Of a DNA stretch of 64,000 nt, positions 9,036-18,376 are shown one piece after another. The stretch comes from a virus: positions 64,001 through 128,000 of IMG/VR virus record IMGVR_UViG_3300044631_002422. The stretch is one strand, 5' to 3'. Both the position numbers and the translations under genes were made by a program. Positions within the stretch are counted from its first letter, which is position 1; each line of letters opens with the position of its first letter. The notes below the pieces were generated by a model. The model saw nothing but the letters and a program-made list of their open reading frames with translations, did not search any database and was not told the origin of the DNA.

Positions 9036-9060
9036 AAACGGGGCTTCGGCCCCGTTTTTT
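9036..9060 (+). terminator. rho-independent terminator
   Basis: AAACGGGGC-TTCG-GCCCCGTTTTTT, a cUUCGg tetraloop hairpin. Confidence 0.92.
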
Positions 9061-9077
9061 AAAATTGAAAGGAACTT

Positions 9078-9311
9078 ATGAATATAATTGATGTTTTGAT
9101 AGACGAGTGCCGTTGTGCGATGAAACAACAAACATTTGAAATAAATAGCGTACTAGCAAACCCAACCCACGAAGGGTCTGTAAACAGGGCTTCTAAAGCT
9201 ATTTACGAATATACAAAACATGAAACCGTACTTCAGAATTTGCTAAAGTTAAAAGGACAGATGGACGAAATGAATAATACCGAAGTTCAAGAAGAGGTAA
9301 ATGAAAACTAA
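9078..9311 (+). CDS. hypothetical protein
   Basis: ORF with AGGA RBS. Confidence 0.7.
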   Translation: MNIIDVLIDECRCAMKQQTFEINSVLANPTHEGSVNRASKAIYEYTKHETVLQNLLKLKGQMDEMNNTEVQEEVNEN

Positions 9312-9669
9312 AATAACCCTAATTGTAATAGAAACAATTCCTTATTTTAGACAAGGTATACCTCCAACGAAAATTTTAGTTGACAAAAATGGAAAGTTTC
9401 CTAGTGGATATATCTCAACAAAAACAGTTGAAGATACAATAAAAGAAATACTATCAAATCACACATCATTGTCTCCAGACTTTCTTTGCCCAACTATCAG
9501 CAAACTTTTTCACGAAAAAGGCTCTGATGAGTGTGAAGCAATTTACACATGCGTTATCCAAAATGGAATCATCGGCACAAAAAATAATTCTAAAATGCTA
9601 TCAATTGAGGAAATAAACATAGATGAGCGATATACAACACCAATCATCGCAGTCCCCAGATCAATTTGA
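9301..9669 (+). CDS. hypothetical protein, possibly degenerate Nudix fold
   Basis: KILV...FPSGYISTKTVEDTIKEILSNHTSL follows Nudix-box spacing but lacks the catalytic Glu residues. Confidence 0.55.
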   Translation: MKTKITLIVIETIPYFRQGIPPTKILVDKNGKFPSGYISTKTVEDTIKEILSNHTSLSPDFLCPTISKLFHEKGSDECEAIYTCVIQNGIIGTKNNSKMLSIEEINIDERYTTPIIAVPRSI

Positions 9670-9982
9670 AGAAGGCAGTAACAACGAAAATATTTCTGCG
9701 CAGTTGACTATTACTGTTGACAATCAGGGTTTTATATCCTATAATTGCGACTGGACACCGGGAGAAAACGGAATCGTTGGCTTGGCTTCTATTTTTTACA
9801 GATTACTTTTAGCTAATTTTAGCGAAGAAATTCTTCTAGAAATTAAACAGCAGTGCGTATCAAATGATAGCGAAGCTGATTATATCGCAATAATTAATTT
9901 GATCAATAGTTATGATTCAAAATTAAACAAAAACGATGATAATCAAGTAGTTATAGCTCCCGATCAAGTTTACCGAATATAA
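9623..9982 (+). CDS. hypothetical protein
   Basis: ORF with GAGG RBS. Confidence 0.65.
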   Translation: MSDIQHQSSQSPDQFEEGSNNENISAQLTITVDNQGFISYNCDWTPGENGIVGLASIFYRLLLANFSEEILLEIKQQCVSNDSEADYIAIINLINSYDSKLNKNDDNQVVIAPDQVYRI

Positions 9983-9995
9983 CTGGAGAAGGTTT

Positions 9996-10634
9996 ATGGC
10001 AAGCAAAAAAATAGTCTGGAAAAGCTGGAATGCTGTTGCAGAAGAATACATAAACTCATGCACGGAAGAACTAAACAAAATAGAAGAAGAATTGAATAAC
10101 ATGTCTGGAGAAGACGGTTTAATGGGAACCGGAACGCCAATATTTCTTAATTCTGAAAAGTTTAGTGGAATGCATACTCCATTTGGAGTTTTTCCTATCG
10201 ATTCTCCATTCAAGCCATCAGACCGATGGGATTGCTGGATTGGAACAACAAATTTTAGCATCACTCAATCAATAAACAAAACGCTAAAAGAAAATATTGA
10301 TGGAATTGAGGCTTTGAAAATAATGGGAAGGTATTCTTTTTGTGTAGGAATACCTTGCACATTCGACTTTCAGGATGTAAGATTAGAAATCGAAAAGAAG
10401 CTTTGCGTTTTCACCGAGAAGGAGGTAATGACAGACGAAGTAACGGAAACGGTTGCTTTGATGAAAGAACAGCTAAAACATAACAAATATTGGTCTATTT
10501 TAGTTGCTTCTACGGGTAAATTGGATTATGTTGTTTCTGACAATTTTGATCAGAAATACGTGGATGGTTTGAATCAGTTAGTAGAGTTAAAACAAAAAAT
10601 TGGTGGAATAATTTTAAGGGGCGAAGATGGATAA
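9996..10634 (+). CDS. hypothetical protein
   Basis: 212-aa ORF with RBS. Confidence 0.75.
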   Translation: MASKKIVWKSWNAVAEEYINSCTEELNKIEEELNNMSGEDGLMGTGTPIFLNSEKFSGMHTPFGVFPIDSPFKPSDRWDCWIGTTNFSITQSINKTLKENIDGIEALKIMGRYSFCVGIPCTFDFQDVRLEIEKKLCVFTEKEVMTDEVTETVALMKEQLKHNKYWSILVASTGKLDYVVSDNFDQKYVDGLNQLVELKQKIGGIILRGEDG

Positions 10635-11100
10635 TATTAATCAAGAATTTGAAGCAAAGTGGAACGATTCTGATGTCAAAAGTATAATGAACAAGATATC
10701 TAACAAATATAGGAATAATATCGACATAGACGATATAGAGTCTATAAAAATGAATACTCTTTGGAACTGTATAAAGAAGTTTGACGAGTCGAAGGGTACA
10801 AAATTTACTTCCTACTTGTTTCAACAGCTTACTTACGCTTTCAAAAATAAAATCAAAAGTAAACGCAACGAATTTAACTTTGAAAATATTGAAAAACAGG
10901 ATGTTAATTACCAAGATAAGCTTGAGGTTATTGATATACTGAATAGTCTTGACGATGAAACAACTCAAATTTTGCAACAAAAATTTTACCAAAATATGAC
11001 CATGAAAGAAATTGGAAGAACCAATGGTTATTCTCGGGAAACTGCCCGTAGAAAGTTCAAAAATGCTATTGCGGAATGTAAAAACTTGCATAAATCTTGA
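10627..11100 (+). CDS. phage RNA polymerase sigma-70 family factor
   Basis: Region 2: LWNCIKKFDESKGTKFTSYL. Region 4 HTH: LDDETTQILQQKFYQNMTMKEIGRTNGYSRETARRK. Confidence 0.88.
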   Translation: MDNINQEFEAKWNDSDVKSIMNKISNKYRNNIDIDDIESIKMNTLWNCIKKFDESKGTKFTSYLFQQLTYAFKNKIKSKRNEFNFENIEKQDVNYQDKLEVIDILNSLDDETTQILQQKFYQNMTMKEIGRTNGYSRETARRKFKNAIAECKNLHKS

Positions 11101-11107
11101 TTTTAAT

Positions 11108-11118
11108 TGTGTATAGTA
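11108..11118 (+). promoter_or_regulatory. putative phage late promoter motif
   Basis: TGTGTATAGTA in the intergenic gap before a virion-like gene. Confidence 0.55.
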
Positions 11119-11201
11119 GTTTAGGAATAGGATCTCCTTTTGGATAACTGGGAAATAAAGTTTTTTATGTTTATTTTAATTATATAATCGGAGATCGAAC
11201 T

Positions 11202-11882
11202 ATGGCTGTGCAACCAAAATCTAGCTATTTGAGAAATACTGGCGGCGGCGCTTTTACTTCTCAACGTCAAGGCGGAACTCTTTACGCTAACGGCTCAACG
11301 GGGTCTGTCATCACCAAGGCATTTTTAGTTAAGGATGCTGTTGATGATGTAGTCAAATCTTATGGTGTTGTTCTTAGGGCTTATCCGGGATCAAGCGGAA
11401 TGTACGGAACTCAGAAAATCGTTTCTGGTGGCGCTTTCGCTTATTTTGAAGCTGGTAAGTACATTATTAGAACAATCAGCACTACTATTGCTGGTGTTGC
11501 GTCTACTAAGCTTCTTATTCCCGGCTCAGACAATGGAAAGCGTAATGCTATTCATCAGTTTATCCATGACTTTGGCGCTCGATTGCTCACTAAATGGCGA
11601 GCAAATGAGTTCTCTTGGCTTGGTGTATTTGATAATGGCAGCAAGATCAAGCGTCGTTACAACTGGGTTGATGCCGCTGGTACAGCAGCATCGAAACCTG
11701 TTACCGCTACCAATCTTGATATGATTAATCCAGTTGGTGGTGCTACTGCTCGAAAGAGCGATAGCGCTGCTAATCCAACCCGCGCAATTCCGGGTGAATT
11801 AGTTATGAAGGTTGACTTTGTAACAACAAACATTTCTAGCGGCGGAGACTTCTTCAACTATAAGCCTATCACAGGTATGTAG
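11202..11882 (+). CDS. putative virion structural protein
   Basis: Gly/Ala/Thr/Ser-rich and Cys-free, like the tail genes; GGAG RBS. Confidence 0.5.
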   Translation: MAVQPKSSYLRNTGGGAFTSQRQGGTLYANGSTGSVITKAFLVKDAVDDVVKSYGVVLRAYPGSSGMYGTQKIVSGGAFAYFEAGKYIIRTISTTIAGVASTKLLIPGSDNGKRNAIHQFIHDFGARLLTKWRANEFSWLGVFDNGSKIKRRYNWVDAAGTAASKPVTATNLDMINPVGGATARKSDSAANPTRAIPGELVMKVDFVTTNISSGGDFFNYKPITGM

Positions 11883-11918
11883 TTTATTAATTCTTCCATT
11901 GTAAACCGGAGTACAATT

Positions 11919-12230
11919 ATGAATGAAGCTTGGGTTTTGATTAGAAATGTAGCAGAAGTAATAGGGATGTTTGCAATACCATTATTTTCTTGGGTTGTTT
12001 ATACTATTGTTCAACAAGGTAAGCAAATTATTATTCTTGAACAAAAGGTAAATGACTCGATTAGTCAGAGAATGACTGGTATTGAAAATAGAGTGGCTGG
12101 CGTAGAAACAAAAATGGAAGAAGTTATTAGCAACGTGGTCGAATTTAAAATGTATGCCGTGGATAGTAAAAATATCCATACTCAAATTAATTCTAAACTA
12201 GACACGATTGTTTCTAAGTTGAAAATTTAG
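11919..12230 (+). CDS. TM plus coiled-coil protein (possible lysis-related)
   Basis: N-terminal TM followed by heptad repeats. Confidence 0.6.
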   Translation: MNEAWVLIRNVAEVIGMFAIPLFSWVVYTIVQQGKQIIILEQKVNDSISQRMTGIENRVAGVETKMEEVISNVVEFKMYAVDSKNIHTQINSKLDTIVSKLKI

Positions 12231-12260
12231 TAAGATAGTTCAACTATCTAAATATATAGA

Positions 12261-12300
12261 AAGCCTGTCGATTTAAAACTCGGCAGGTTTTCTTTTTTTT
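12261..12300 (+). terminator. rho-independent terminator
   Basis: AAGCCTGTCGA...TCGGCAGGTTT followed by a long T-run. Confidence 0.8.
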
Positions 12301-12302
12301 GA

Positions 12303-12331
12303 TTGATTTTTGGTCTGGAAAGGCGTATAAT
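12303..12331 (+). promoter_or_regulatory. sigma70-like promoter for nrdAB
   Basis: TTGATT-N17-TATAAT; the -10 sits within GCGTATAATA, which also resembles the late motif. Confidence 0.65.
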
Positions 12332-12369
12332 ACTCTACCAGATAAAAGTTTATATAGAAAGGTATTGTA

Positions 12370-14607
12370 ATGAAAGTAACAAAGGTAAACGGAGAACAGG
12401 AAAATTTCTCTGTGGAAAAAATTCATAAAGTAGTTGAGTGGGCGACCAAAGGAATTAACGGTGTGTCCTTTTCTGATGTTGAAATGAATGCTAATCTTTC
12501 GATATATGATGGAATTTCTACAAAGGAAATACATCAAGTATTGATTAAGTCTGCAAACGATCTTATTTCAATACATACGCCAAATTACCAGTATGTAGCA
12601 TCTAGATTACTCAATATGCAACTCAGAAAAGAAGTCTGGAATTGTGGCAAGCGTTACAATCCGGTAGATTTTGTTGTGTTTGTAAAAAGAAATATTGATA
12701 ACGGAATCTACGATCCGATATTGGAAAAGAAATGGGATAATGATCAGATTGAAGATTTTGGTAAATATATTGACCATACCCGCGACGATTTATTTACATA
12801 TGCTGGCTTGCAGCAAATGATTGATAAGTATCTTGTCAAGAATCGAAGCACTGGACAAATTTATGAAACGCCACAGTTTGCTTATATGTGCATAGCGATG
12901 TGTCTTTTTAATACAGTCGAAGAAGTAAAACAGGCTTATGATTGTTATTCTACATTCAAGATTAACCTTCCAACACCAATCATGGCTGGAGTTAGAACAA
13001 ACATACGTCAATTTGCAAGCTGTGTTTTAGTTGACGTAGAAGATAATCTGGATAGTATTTTTTCAAGTATTCATGCAGTTGGAAAGTATACTGCTAGAAG
13101 GGCTGGTATAGGTCTTAATATAGGCCGTATGCGCCCGATAAACTCACCTATTCGTGGAGGAGAGGTTATTCACACCGGAGTTATTCCGTATTTAAAAAAC
13201 TTTGAATCAGTTGTAAAGTCAACATCGCAAAACGGAATTCGTGGAGGAAGCGCAACCGTTTATTGCCCTTGGTGGCACTATGAAATTGAAGATATTATTG
13301 TGCTGAAAAACAATGCTGGAACTGATGATAACCGAGTCCGAAAACTTGACTATTCAATTCAGTTTTGCAAATTGTTTTATGATCGACTCATCAATAATCA
13401 AGATATAACCCTTTTCAGTCCACACGAAGCAAAGGGTCTTTATGAAGCTTTTGGCAACAATAAGAAGTTTGAAGAGCTTTATTTGAAGTACGAAAACGCT
13501 CGCTCGATGAAGTTTAAAAAGAAAATACCAGCACGTAAACTTGCTGAAATTTTTGCCAGAGAACGCCTAGAAACTGGTAGGATTTATAGTATGAATCTGG
13601 ATACAGCAAATGAACACGGCTCATGGGACATTCCATGTTATATGAGCAATCTTTGCTGTGAGATAGTACATCCCACAAAGCCAATAAAATCTATCGACGA
13701 CCCAAACGGCGAAATTGGAATTTGTATTTTGTCTGCATTAAATCTTCTTGAAATTTTTGAAAAAGAAGGTGATCTTGAAGAGGTTTGTAAGATAGCTGTA
13801 AAAACTCTGGACGCAGTTATTGATTATCAAGACTACCCAGTTTTGGCAGGCGAAAACTTTACAAAGAATCGTAGGTCTTTGGGTATTGGTGTTACTAATC
13901 TGGCTGGATTTTTGGCAAAGAATAAATTAAAATATGAAGACAAAGAAACCTTGACTTTGGTTCATGGCGTTATGGAGAAAATACAATGGCATTTGATAAA
14001 TGCTAGTTGCGAATTAGCTAAAGAAAAAGGAGCCTGTCCTAAGTTTAAAGACACAAAATACGCTAAGGGTCTTATGCCAATTGACTGGTATAAAAAAACA
14101 GTTGACGAACTGGTTGCTCCAAGGTACAATATGGATTGGGAAGAGTTACGTCAACGTGTTAAGAAATACGGTATGCGTCATTCTACACTTTCAGCGATTA
14201 TGCCGTGTGAGTCTTCTAGTGTTATCCAGAACAGCACAAACGGTATCGAGCCAGTCAGAAGCTTGCTTTTGTTCAAAAAGGCCAAAAACGGCGTTTTAAA
14301 ACAACTTGTTCCAAATTACCATATGCGAAAAAATTATTACACTTTAGCTTGGGAAATGACAACCAACAAGCCGATAATGAATGTTGCGGCAGTTATTCAG
14401 AAGTTTGTTGATATGAGCATGAGTACAAACTTATACTATAATTACGCTCACTACGAAGGGGGAAATATTCCACTAAGCGTTTTAATTAAAGATCAAATTT
14501 ACGGTTACAAGTATGGGCTTAAGAATTTTTACTATGCCAACACACCAGATGGTGATGGTGATACAGAAAAAGGTATGAATTGCGAATCTGGCGCGTGTTC
14601 AATTTAA
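12370..14607 (+). CDS. nrdA: ribonucleotide reductase class Ia alpha subunit
   Basis: N-terminal ATP cone; PTPIMAG, QFASCVL, SNLCCEI, MPCESSS, YYAN; C-terminal CESGAC. Confidence 0.97.
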   Translation: MKVTKVNGEQENFSVEKIHKVVEWATKGINGVSFSDVEMNANLSIYDGISTKEIHQVLIKSANDLISIHTPNYQYVASRLLNMQLRKEVWNCGKRYNPVDFVVFVKRNIDNGIYDPILEKKWDNDQIEDFGKYIDHTRDDLFTYAGLQQMIDKYLVKNRSTGQIYETPQFAYMCIAMCLFNTVEEVKQAYDCYSTFKINLPTPIMAGVRTNIRQFASCVLVDVEDNLDSIFSSIHAVGKYTARRAGIGLNIGRMRPINSPIRGGEVIHTGVIPYLKNFESVVKSTSQNGIRGGSATVYCPWWHYEIEDIIVLKNNAGTDDNRVRKLDYSIQFCKLFYDRLINNQDITLFSPHEAKGLYEAFGNNKKFEELYLKYENARSMKFKKKIPARKLAEIFARERLETGRIYSMNLDTANEHGSWDIPCYMSNLCCEIVHPTKPIKSIDDPNGEIGICILSALNLLEIFEKEGDLEEVCKIAVKTLDAVIDYQDYPVLAGENFTKNRRSLGIGVTNLAGFLAKNKLKYEDKETLTLVHGVMEKIQWHLINASCELAKEKGACPKFKDTKYAKGLMPIDWYKKTVDELVAPRYNMDWEELRQRVKKYGMRHSTLSAIMPCESSSVIQNSTNGIEPVRSLLLFKKAKNGVLKQLVPNYHMRKNYYTLAWEMTTNKPIMNVAAVIQKFVDMSMSTNLYYNYAHYEGGNIPLSVLIKDQIYGYKYGLKNFYYANTPDGDGDTEKGMNCESGACSI

Positions 14608-14617
14608 AGAGGTATAA

Positions 14618-15688
14618 ATGAAAACTATTTTCAACACAGTAAATGTAGACCCAATGACTCAACCACTTTTCCTTGGTAAAGATTTAGGGGTTCAAAGATA
14701 TGATATTATTAAGTATCCTATATTCAAAGAGCTTGATAGCAAGCAAATGATGAACTTTTGGCGACCAGAAGAAATCGAACTTAAAAAAGATCGTGGCGAT
14801 TTTAAGGAAATGTCCGAGAACGAAAAGTTTATTTTTACGTCTAATCTTAAGTATCAAACAATGTTGGATAGCGTTATTTGTCGCGGAGTTCCAACACTGT
14901 TGGAATATGTAACAAATAGCGAGCTTGAGGCGTGTTTGATGACATGGCAATTCTTTGAAAAAATCCATTCTCAAAGTTATAGCTATATCATTCAAAATGT
15001 TTACGCAGATAGCAAAGAAATCTTTGATGGTATTTATGAAGATCGAGAAATCATGAAAAGGGCCAATAGCGCCATCGAAGACTACAACAATTTGATGGGC
15101 ATGACTTGTGATACAAATAAAATTTCTGACATAAAAAAACAAATTTATATGACTATTGTGAGTATAAATATTCTGGAAGCGGTTCGTTTTTATGTTAGTT
15201 TTGTGTGCAGCTTCGCTTTTGCTGAAAATAAGAAAATGGCTGGAAATGCAGATATAATCAAGCTAATCAAGCGAGATGAAGCGTTACATCTAGCAAATAC
15301 TCAGCAAATTCTGAAGATTTTACACAACGAAGAATCGGAAGGTTTTATTAAAACGTCACAACAATGCGAAGAAGCAGCTTGTGAACTGTTTAACAGAGCC
15401 GCAAAAGAGGAAAAGGAATGGGCATCTTATTTGTTTAAGAATGGCTCGATTATAGGTCTAAACGAAACTGTACTACATCAGTACATCGACTGGCTTGTAA
15501 TGTCAAGACGCAAAGCGATTGGATTGCCCTATGAAAATGTTGGCAAAAATCCAATTGCAGGATGGACAGAACACTGGATGAATAGTGAGGCTGTTCAAGT
15601 TGCTCCGCAAGAACATGAAATTACCTCATACAAAATAGGAGCTAGTAAAAATGATCTTGACGACATAGATTTTGGAGGCGTGTTATGA
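14618..15688 (+). CDS. nrdB: ribonucleotide reductase class Ia beta subunit
   Basis: FWRPEEI, EKIHSQSY, LEAVRFYVSF, RDEALH, VAPQE..ITSY. Confidence 0.97.
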   Translation: MKTIFNTVNVDPMTQPLFLGKDLGVQRYDIIKYPIFKELDSKQMMNFWRPEEIELKKDRGDFKEMSENEKFIFTSNLKYQTMLDSVICRGVPTLLEYVTNSELEACLMTWQFFEKIHSQSYSYIIQNVYADSKEIFDGIYEDREIMKRANSAIEDYNNLMGMTCDTNKISDIKKQIYMTIVSINILEAVRFYVSFVCSFAFAENKKMAGNADIIKLIKRDEALHLANTQQILKILHNEESEGFIKTSQQCEEAACELFNRAAKEEKEWASYLFKNGSIIGLNETVLHQYIDWLVMSRRKAIGLPYENVGKNPIAGWTEHWMNSEAVQVAPQEHEITSYKIGASKNDLDDIDFGGVL

Positions 15689-16305
15689 AAGCTCTGCAAA
15701 GAACTGCGTCTGTTTTGTTTCTATCTCTTGTTTCCGTTTTTTTAATTTGTTCGAGTATTTATAGTCAAACATGTTTTATAAGGTGTGAACCAGACAAGGA
15801 AACCGGAGGCGGAGCTTGCGGATCTGGCTTTTTTATTTCAAAAAATGAAATTTTAACTGCGGCCCATGTAATAAATGACGCAAATAATGTTAGAATTGAA
15901 TTTGATGGAAAGTATTTTAAAGCTTTCGTTGTTAGACAAGATGCCACTAAAGATTTAGCCCTTCTAAGAATAGAAGAAGAGCATGATAAATTTTATAAAC
16001 TTAGTGACTCTTTCGGTAAAGCTGACCAAAAAGTAACTTGTTTTGGTTTTCCTAGAGGTGTTTGGACCTTGTATAAGTCAAGTGGTGTTATTAAGGAAGT
16101 TAATAGCGTTACAAGAGATTCTAGATATAAAGACAATCCGAGGATGGAATATGCTGTATTAATGGAAGTTACGAATGGAATGTCTGGAGGACCACTTCTT
16201 ACTGAAGATAAAACCGTAATAGGGGTTTTAAGCAGCAAGAATATTATTGGCGAACCAAGAGCTAATTTTATTGCTCTTGAAGATATAAAAAAGTTTCTTG
16301 ACTAA
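15685..16305 (+). CDS. secreted trypsin-like serine protease
   Basis: Signal/TM N-terminus; GSGF, LTAAHV, DLALL, GMSGGPL catalytic triad. Confidence 0.9.
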   Translation: MKALQRTASVLFLSLVSVFLICSSIYSQTCFIRCEPDKETGGGACGSGFFISKNEILTAAHVINDANNVRIEFDGKYFKAFVVRQDATKDLALLRIEEEHDKFYKLSDSFGKADQKVTCFGFPRGVWTLYKSSGVIKEVNSVTRDSRYKDNPRMEYAVLMEVTNGMSGGPLLTEDKTVIGVLSSKNIIGEPRANFIALEDIKKFLD

Positions 16306-16315
16306 GTAAAATAAA

Positions 16316-16401
16316 GCGCGGGCCAAGTGGTTGGCAGTATTTAACTTAAATGACGATTAATGTTAAATACAGCAGTGCTGGTTCGACTCCAGCCCCTCGC
16401 C
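16316..16401 (+). ncRNA. atypical tRNA-like RNA
   Basis: Acceptor GCGCGGG/CCCTCGC with one mismatch; D-like CCAA-GTGG-TTGG; long hairpin GTATTTAAC..GTTAAATAC; canonical T-arm GCTGG-TTCGACT-CCAGC; no encoded CCA. Confidence 0.65.
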
Positions 16402-16435
16402 TTTTTAATTTTAATTTTGATTTGAGGGAAAATTT

Positions 16436-17119
16436 ATGCAAAATAAAGTTGAACTTATGAGCCCTGATGGATATTATGGAAGCGATGAAATTATTGCTTG
16501 CAGTGCGTGGACTTCTACTAGTCGCGATTTAAATGATGAAAAGCGTGGCCGTATTGGTAAACTAATTAAGATGTTGTGGGAGAATGGGCATGAAACGCCT
16601 TTTGAAAAGGGGATTGTTCACTTTCTTGTGGATACAGATATTGCTACGCACATTCATTTACTCAAACATCGCATTAGCAGTATCAATGCTGAGTCTGCAC
16701 GGTATAAAGAACTAAAAGAAGATAAGTATTATCTACCGGAAGACTGGCGAGGCATAATGGCTAAAACAAACGCATTAGTAATTGGGGATTCTAATGATGA
16801 TAAAGACTGGATAAAATTACTAGAACAATATACTAATATAGGAAATAAGTTGTATCACGATTGTTTAAAAGATTTATCGCCCGTTCTTGGTCGCAAGCGA
16901 GCCAAAGAATCGGCCCGTTTCTTCAAAACATACAACAGTCAGATTCAGAGCGACATTATGTTTAATATGCGTAGCTTTGCTAATTTTCTAAAACTAAGAC
17001 TATCTCCAAACGCACAACTTGAAATCCGCGAAATCGCTCAACAAATGTTGCATTTGGTTAAGAATATTGAAGGTAATCCATTTAAGTACACTTTAGAAGC
17101 GTGGGGATATCAACAATGA
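16436..17119 (+). CDS. thyX: FAD-dependent thymidylate synthase
   Basis: GHETPFE, KHRISSINAESARY, KESARF, NMRSFANFLKLR...AQLEIR. Confidence 0.93.
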   Translation: MQNKVELMSPDGYYGSDEIIACSAWTSTSRDLNDEKRGRIGKLIKMLWENGHETPFEKGIVHFLVDTDIATHIHLLKHRISSINAESARYKELKEDKYYLPEDWRGIMAKTNALVIGDSNDDKDWIKLLEQYTNIGNKLYHDCLKDLSPVLGRKRAKESARFFKTYNSQIQSDIMFNMRSFANFLKLRLSPNAQLEIREIAQQMLHLVKNIEGNPFKYTLEAWGYQQ

Positions 17120-17261
17120 GCTACAATGAATTAATCAAAGAGTTGCAATCGTAACTATGGAAATTATGATAAATTTGGTTACGATAAAAAATCTACTCAA
17201 GATAACCACGAACCAGATTGTTTGCATCGACTGGCTAGTGAACTTTTAGAAGGAAAAGAAA

Positions 17262-17711
17262 ATGGACAGAAGAACTTTTAATAAATCAATTGCTGCCACT
17301 TATGGATTGGTTGCATTTCCGCAACTAATAGAAGAAAATAAGCAACCCGCTCAGCCGACTCTTAAAAACTTTAATATTAAACTTTCTTATGGGTACGAAT
17401 TTAATGCTCCAGATATCGATATGGTGTTGACATATGGAGATATTGAGTTAGAATTTTATGTGTATAGCGTCGAATATAAATTTCCTAATGTAGAGCCATT
17501 GATAGAATCATCGCTGGGTAAGAATCGTATTTATTACACACTTTTGAGTATTGACTTTTATCTCGATGGAATGAAAATCGATCCGCTTGATATCAACGAT
17601 AAAGAAACAAAATATGAAGTAGTATTAAATATAACGGAAGATATAACCAAGAGAAAATGTGCAGTACTTCTACACGAAGTTGTTTTAAAAGAAAGGCGGC
17701 AGTTATGCTAG
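17262..17711 (+). CDS. hypothetical protein with twin-arginine-like N-terminus
   Basis: MDRRTFNKSIAATYGLVAFP. Confidence 0.65.
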   Translation: MDRRTFNKSIAATYGLVAFPQLIEENKQPAQPTLKNFNIKLSYGYEFNAPDIDMVLTYGDIELEFYVYSVEYKFPNVEPLIESSLGKNRIYYTLLSIDFYLDGMKIDPLDINDKETKYEVVLNITEDITKRKCAVLLHEVVLKERRQLC

Positions 17712-18367
17712 TTGTTGGTGATGTTCACGGAAAATTCAACGAATACTACAATCTTGTCAAAGATGCAAGATCTTCGTTTCAAATTGGAGATTTTGGATTT
17801 GGGCAAGCTTGGAATGCGCTTAATTATTCTGAACTTGACCACAAGTTTCATAAAGTTGGTCAGGGAAACCACGACCCACATGACTCGCTACATGGTGATG
17901 TTAAATATTGGACTGGACGTTATGGGCCAGTTAATGTTGACGGTCACAATATATTCTGGATTGGCGGCGCATTAAGTATCGATTTGGTTTATAGAGTTGC
18001 TGATTGGGTAAACAATAATAGAAATCCAGCCAGTCGCTCTTGGTGGGCTAACGAACAGCTTACATATCAAGAAATGCGCGATTGTGAAAAAAAATGGAAA
18101 AACAAAAAACCAACCGTGGTATTTAGTCATACTTGCCCAAGCTCTATTATATTAAATCATTTCAATGGAAATAAGGGTACTAATATAATGGATACTTACG
18201 GATGGGGTTCTGGCTATACCGATATGACCAGTCAATTCCTAGAGCATTTGTGGGGCATTCACAAGCCTGATTTATGGATCTTTGGACACTTTCATAAATC
18301 GTGGAATCAAGTTATAGACGGAACAGAATTTCGCTGTTTAGCAGAACTGGAAACTTTTAGTTTATAG
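17705..18367 (+). CDS. calcineurin-like metallophosphoesterase
   Basis: GDVHG, IGDFG, GNHD, FSHT, FGHFH; start placed at ATG 17705. Confidence 0.9.
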   Translation: MLVVGDVHGKFNEYYNLVKDARSSFQIGDFGFGQAWNALNYSELDHKFHKVGQGNHDPHDSLHGDVKYWTGRYGPVNVDGHNIFWIGGALSIDLVYRVADWVNNNRNPASRSWWANEQLTYQEMRDCEKKWKNKKPTVVFSHTCPSSIILNHFNGNKGTNIMDTYGWGSGYTDMTSQFLEHLWGIHKPDLWIFGHFHKSWNQVIDGTEFRCLAELETFSL

Positions 18368-18376
18368 GAATTTTAA

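Noticed and set aside
12244-12537. 97-aa ORF and other short antisense or overlapping ORFs (e.g. 3233-3577, 7700-8005, 10510-11091, 11362-11724, 14684-15142)
   Set aside because: They overlap well-supported genes, promoters or terminators and have no motifs; treated as shadow ORFs.
16316-16401. tmRNA or canonical tRNA-Leu(TAA)
   Set aside because: There is no G3-U70 pair and no mRNA-like domain; the CTTAAAT segment has no supporting anticodon stem.
17459-17469. TGTGTATAGCG late-motif-like word
   Set aside because: Mid-gene, mismatched 3' end and no late-type genes downstream; likely chance.
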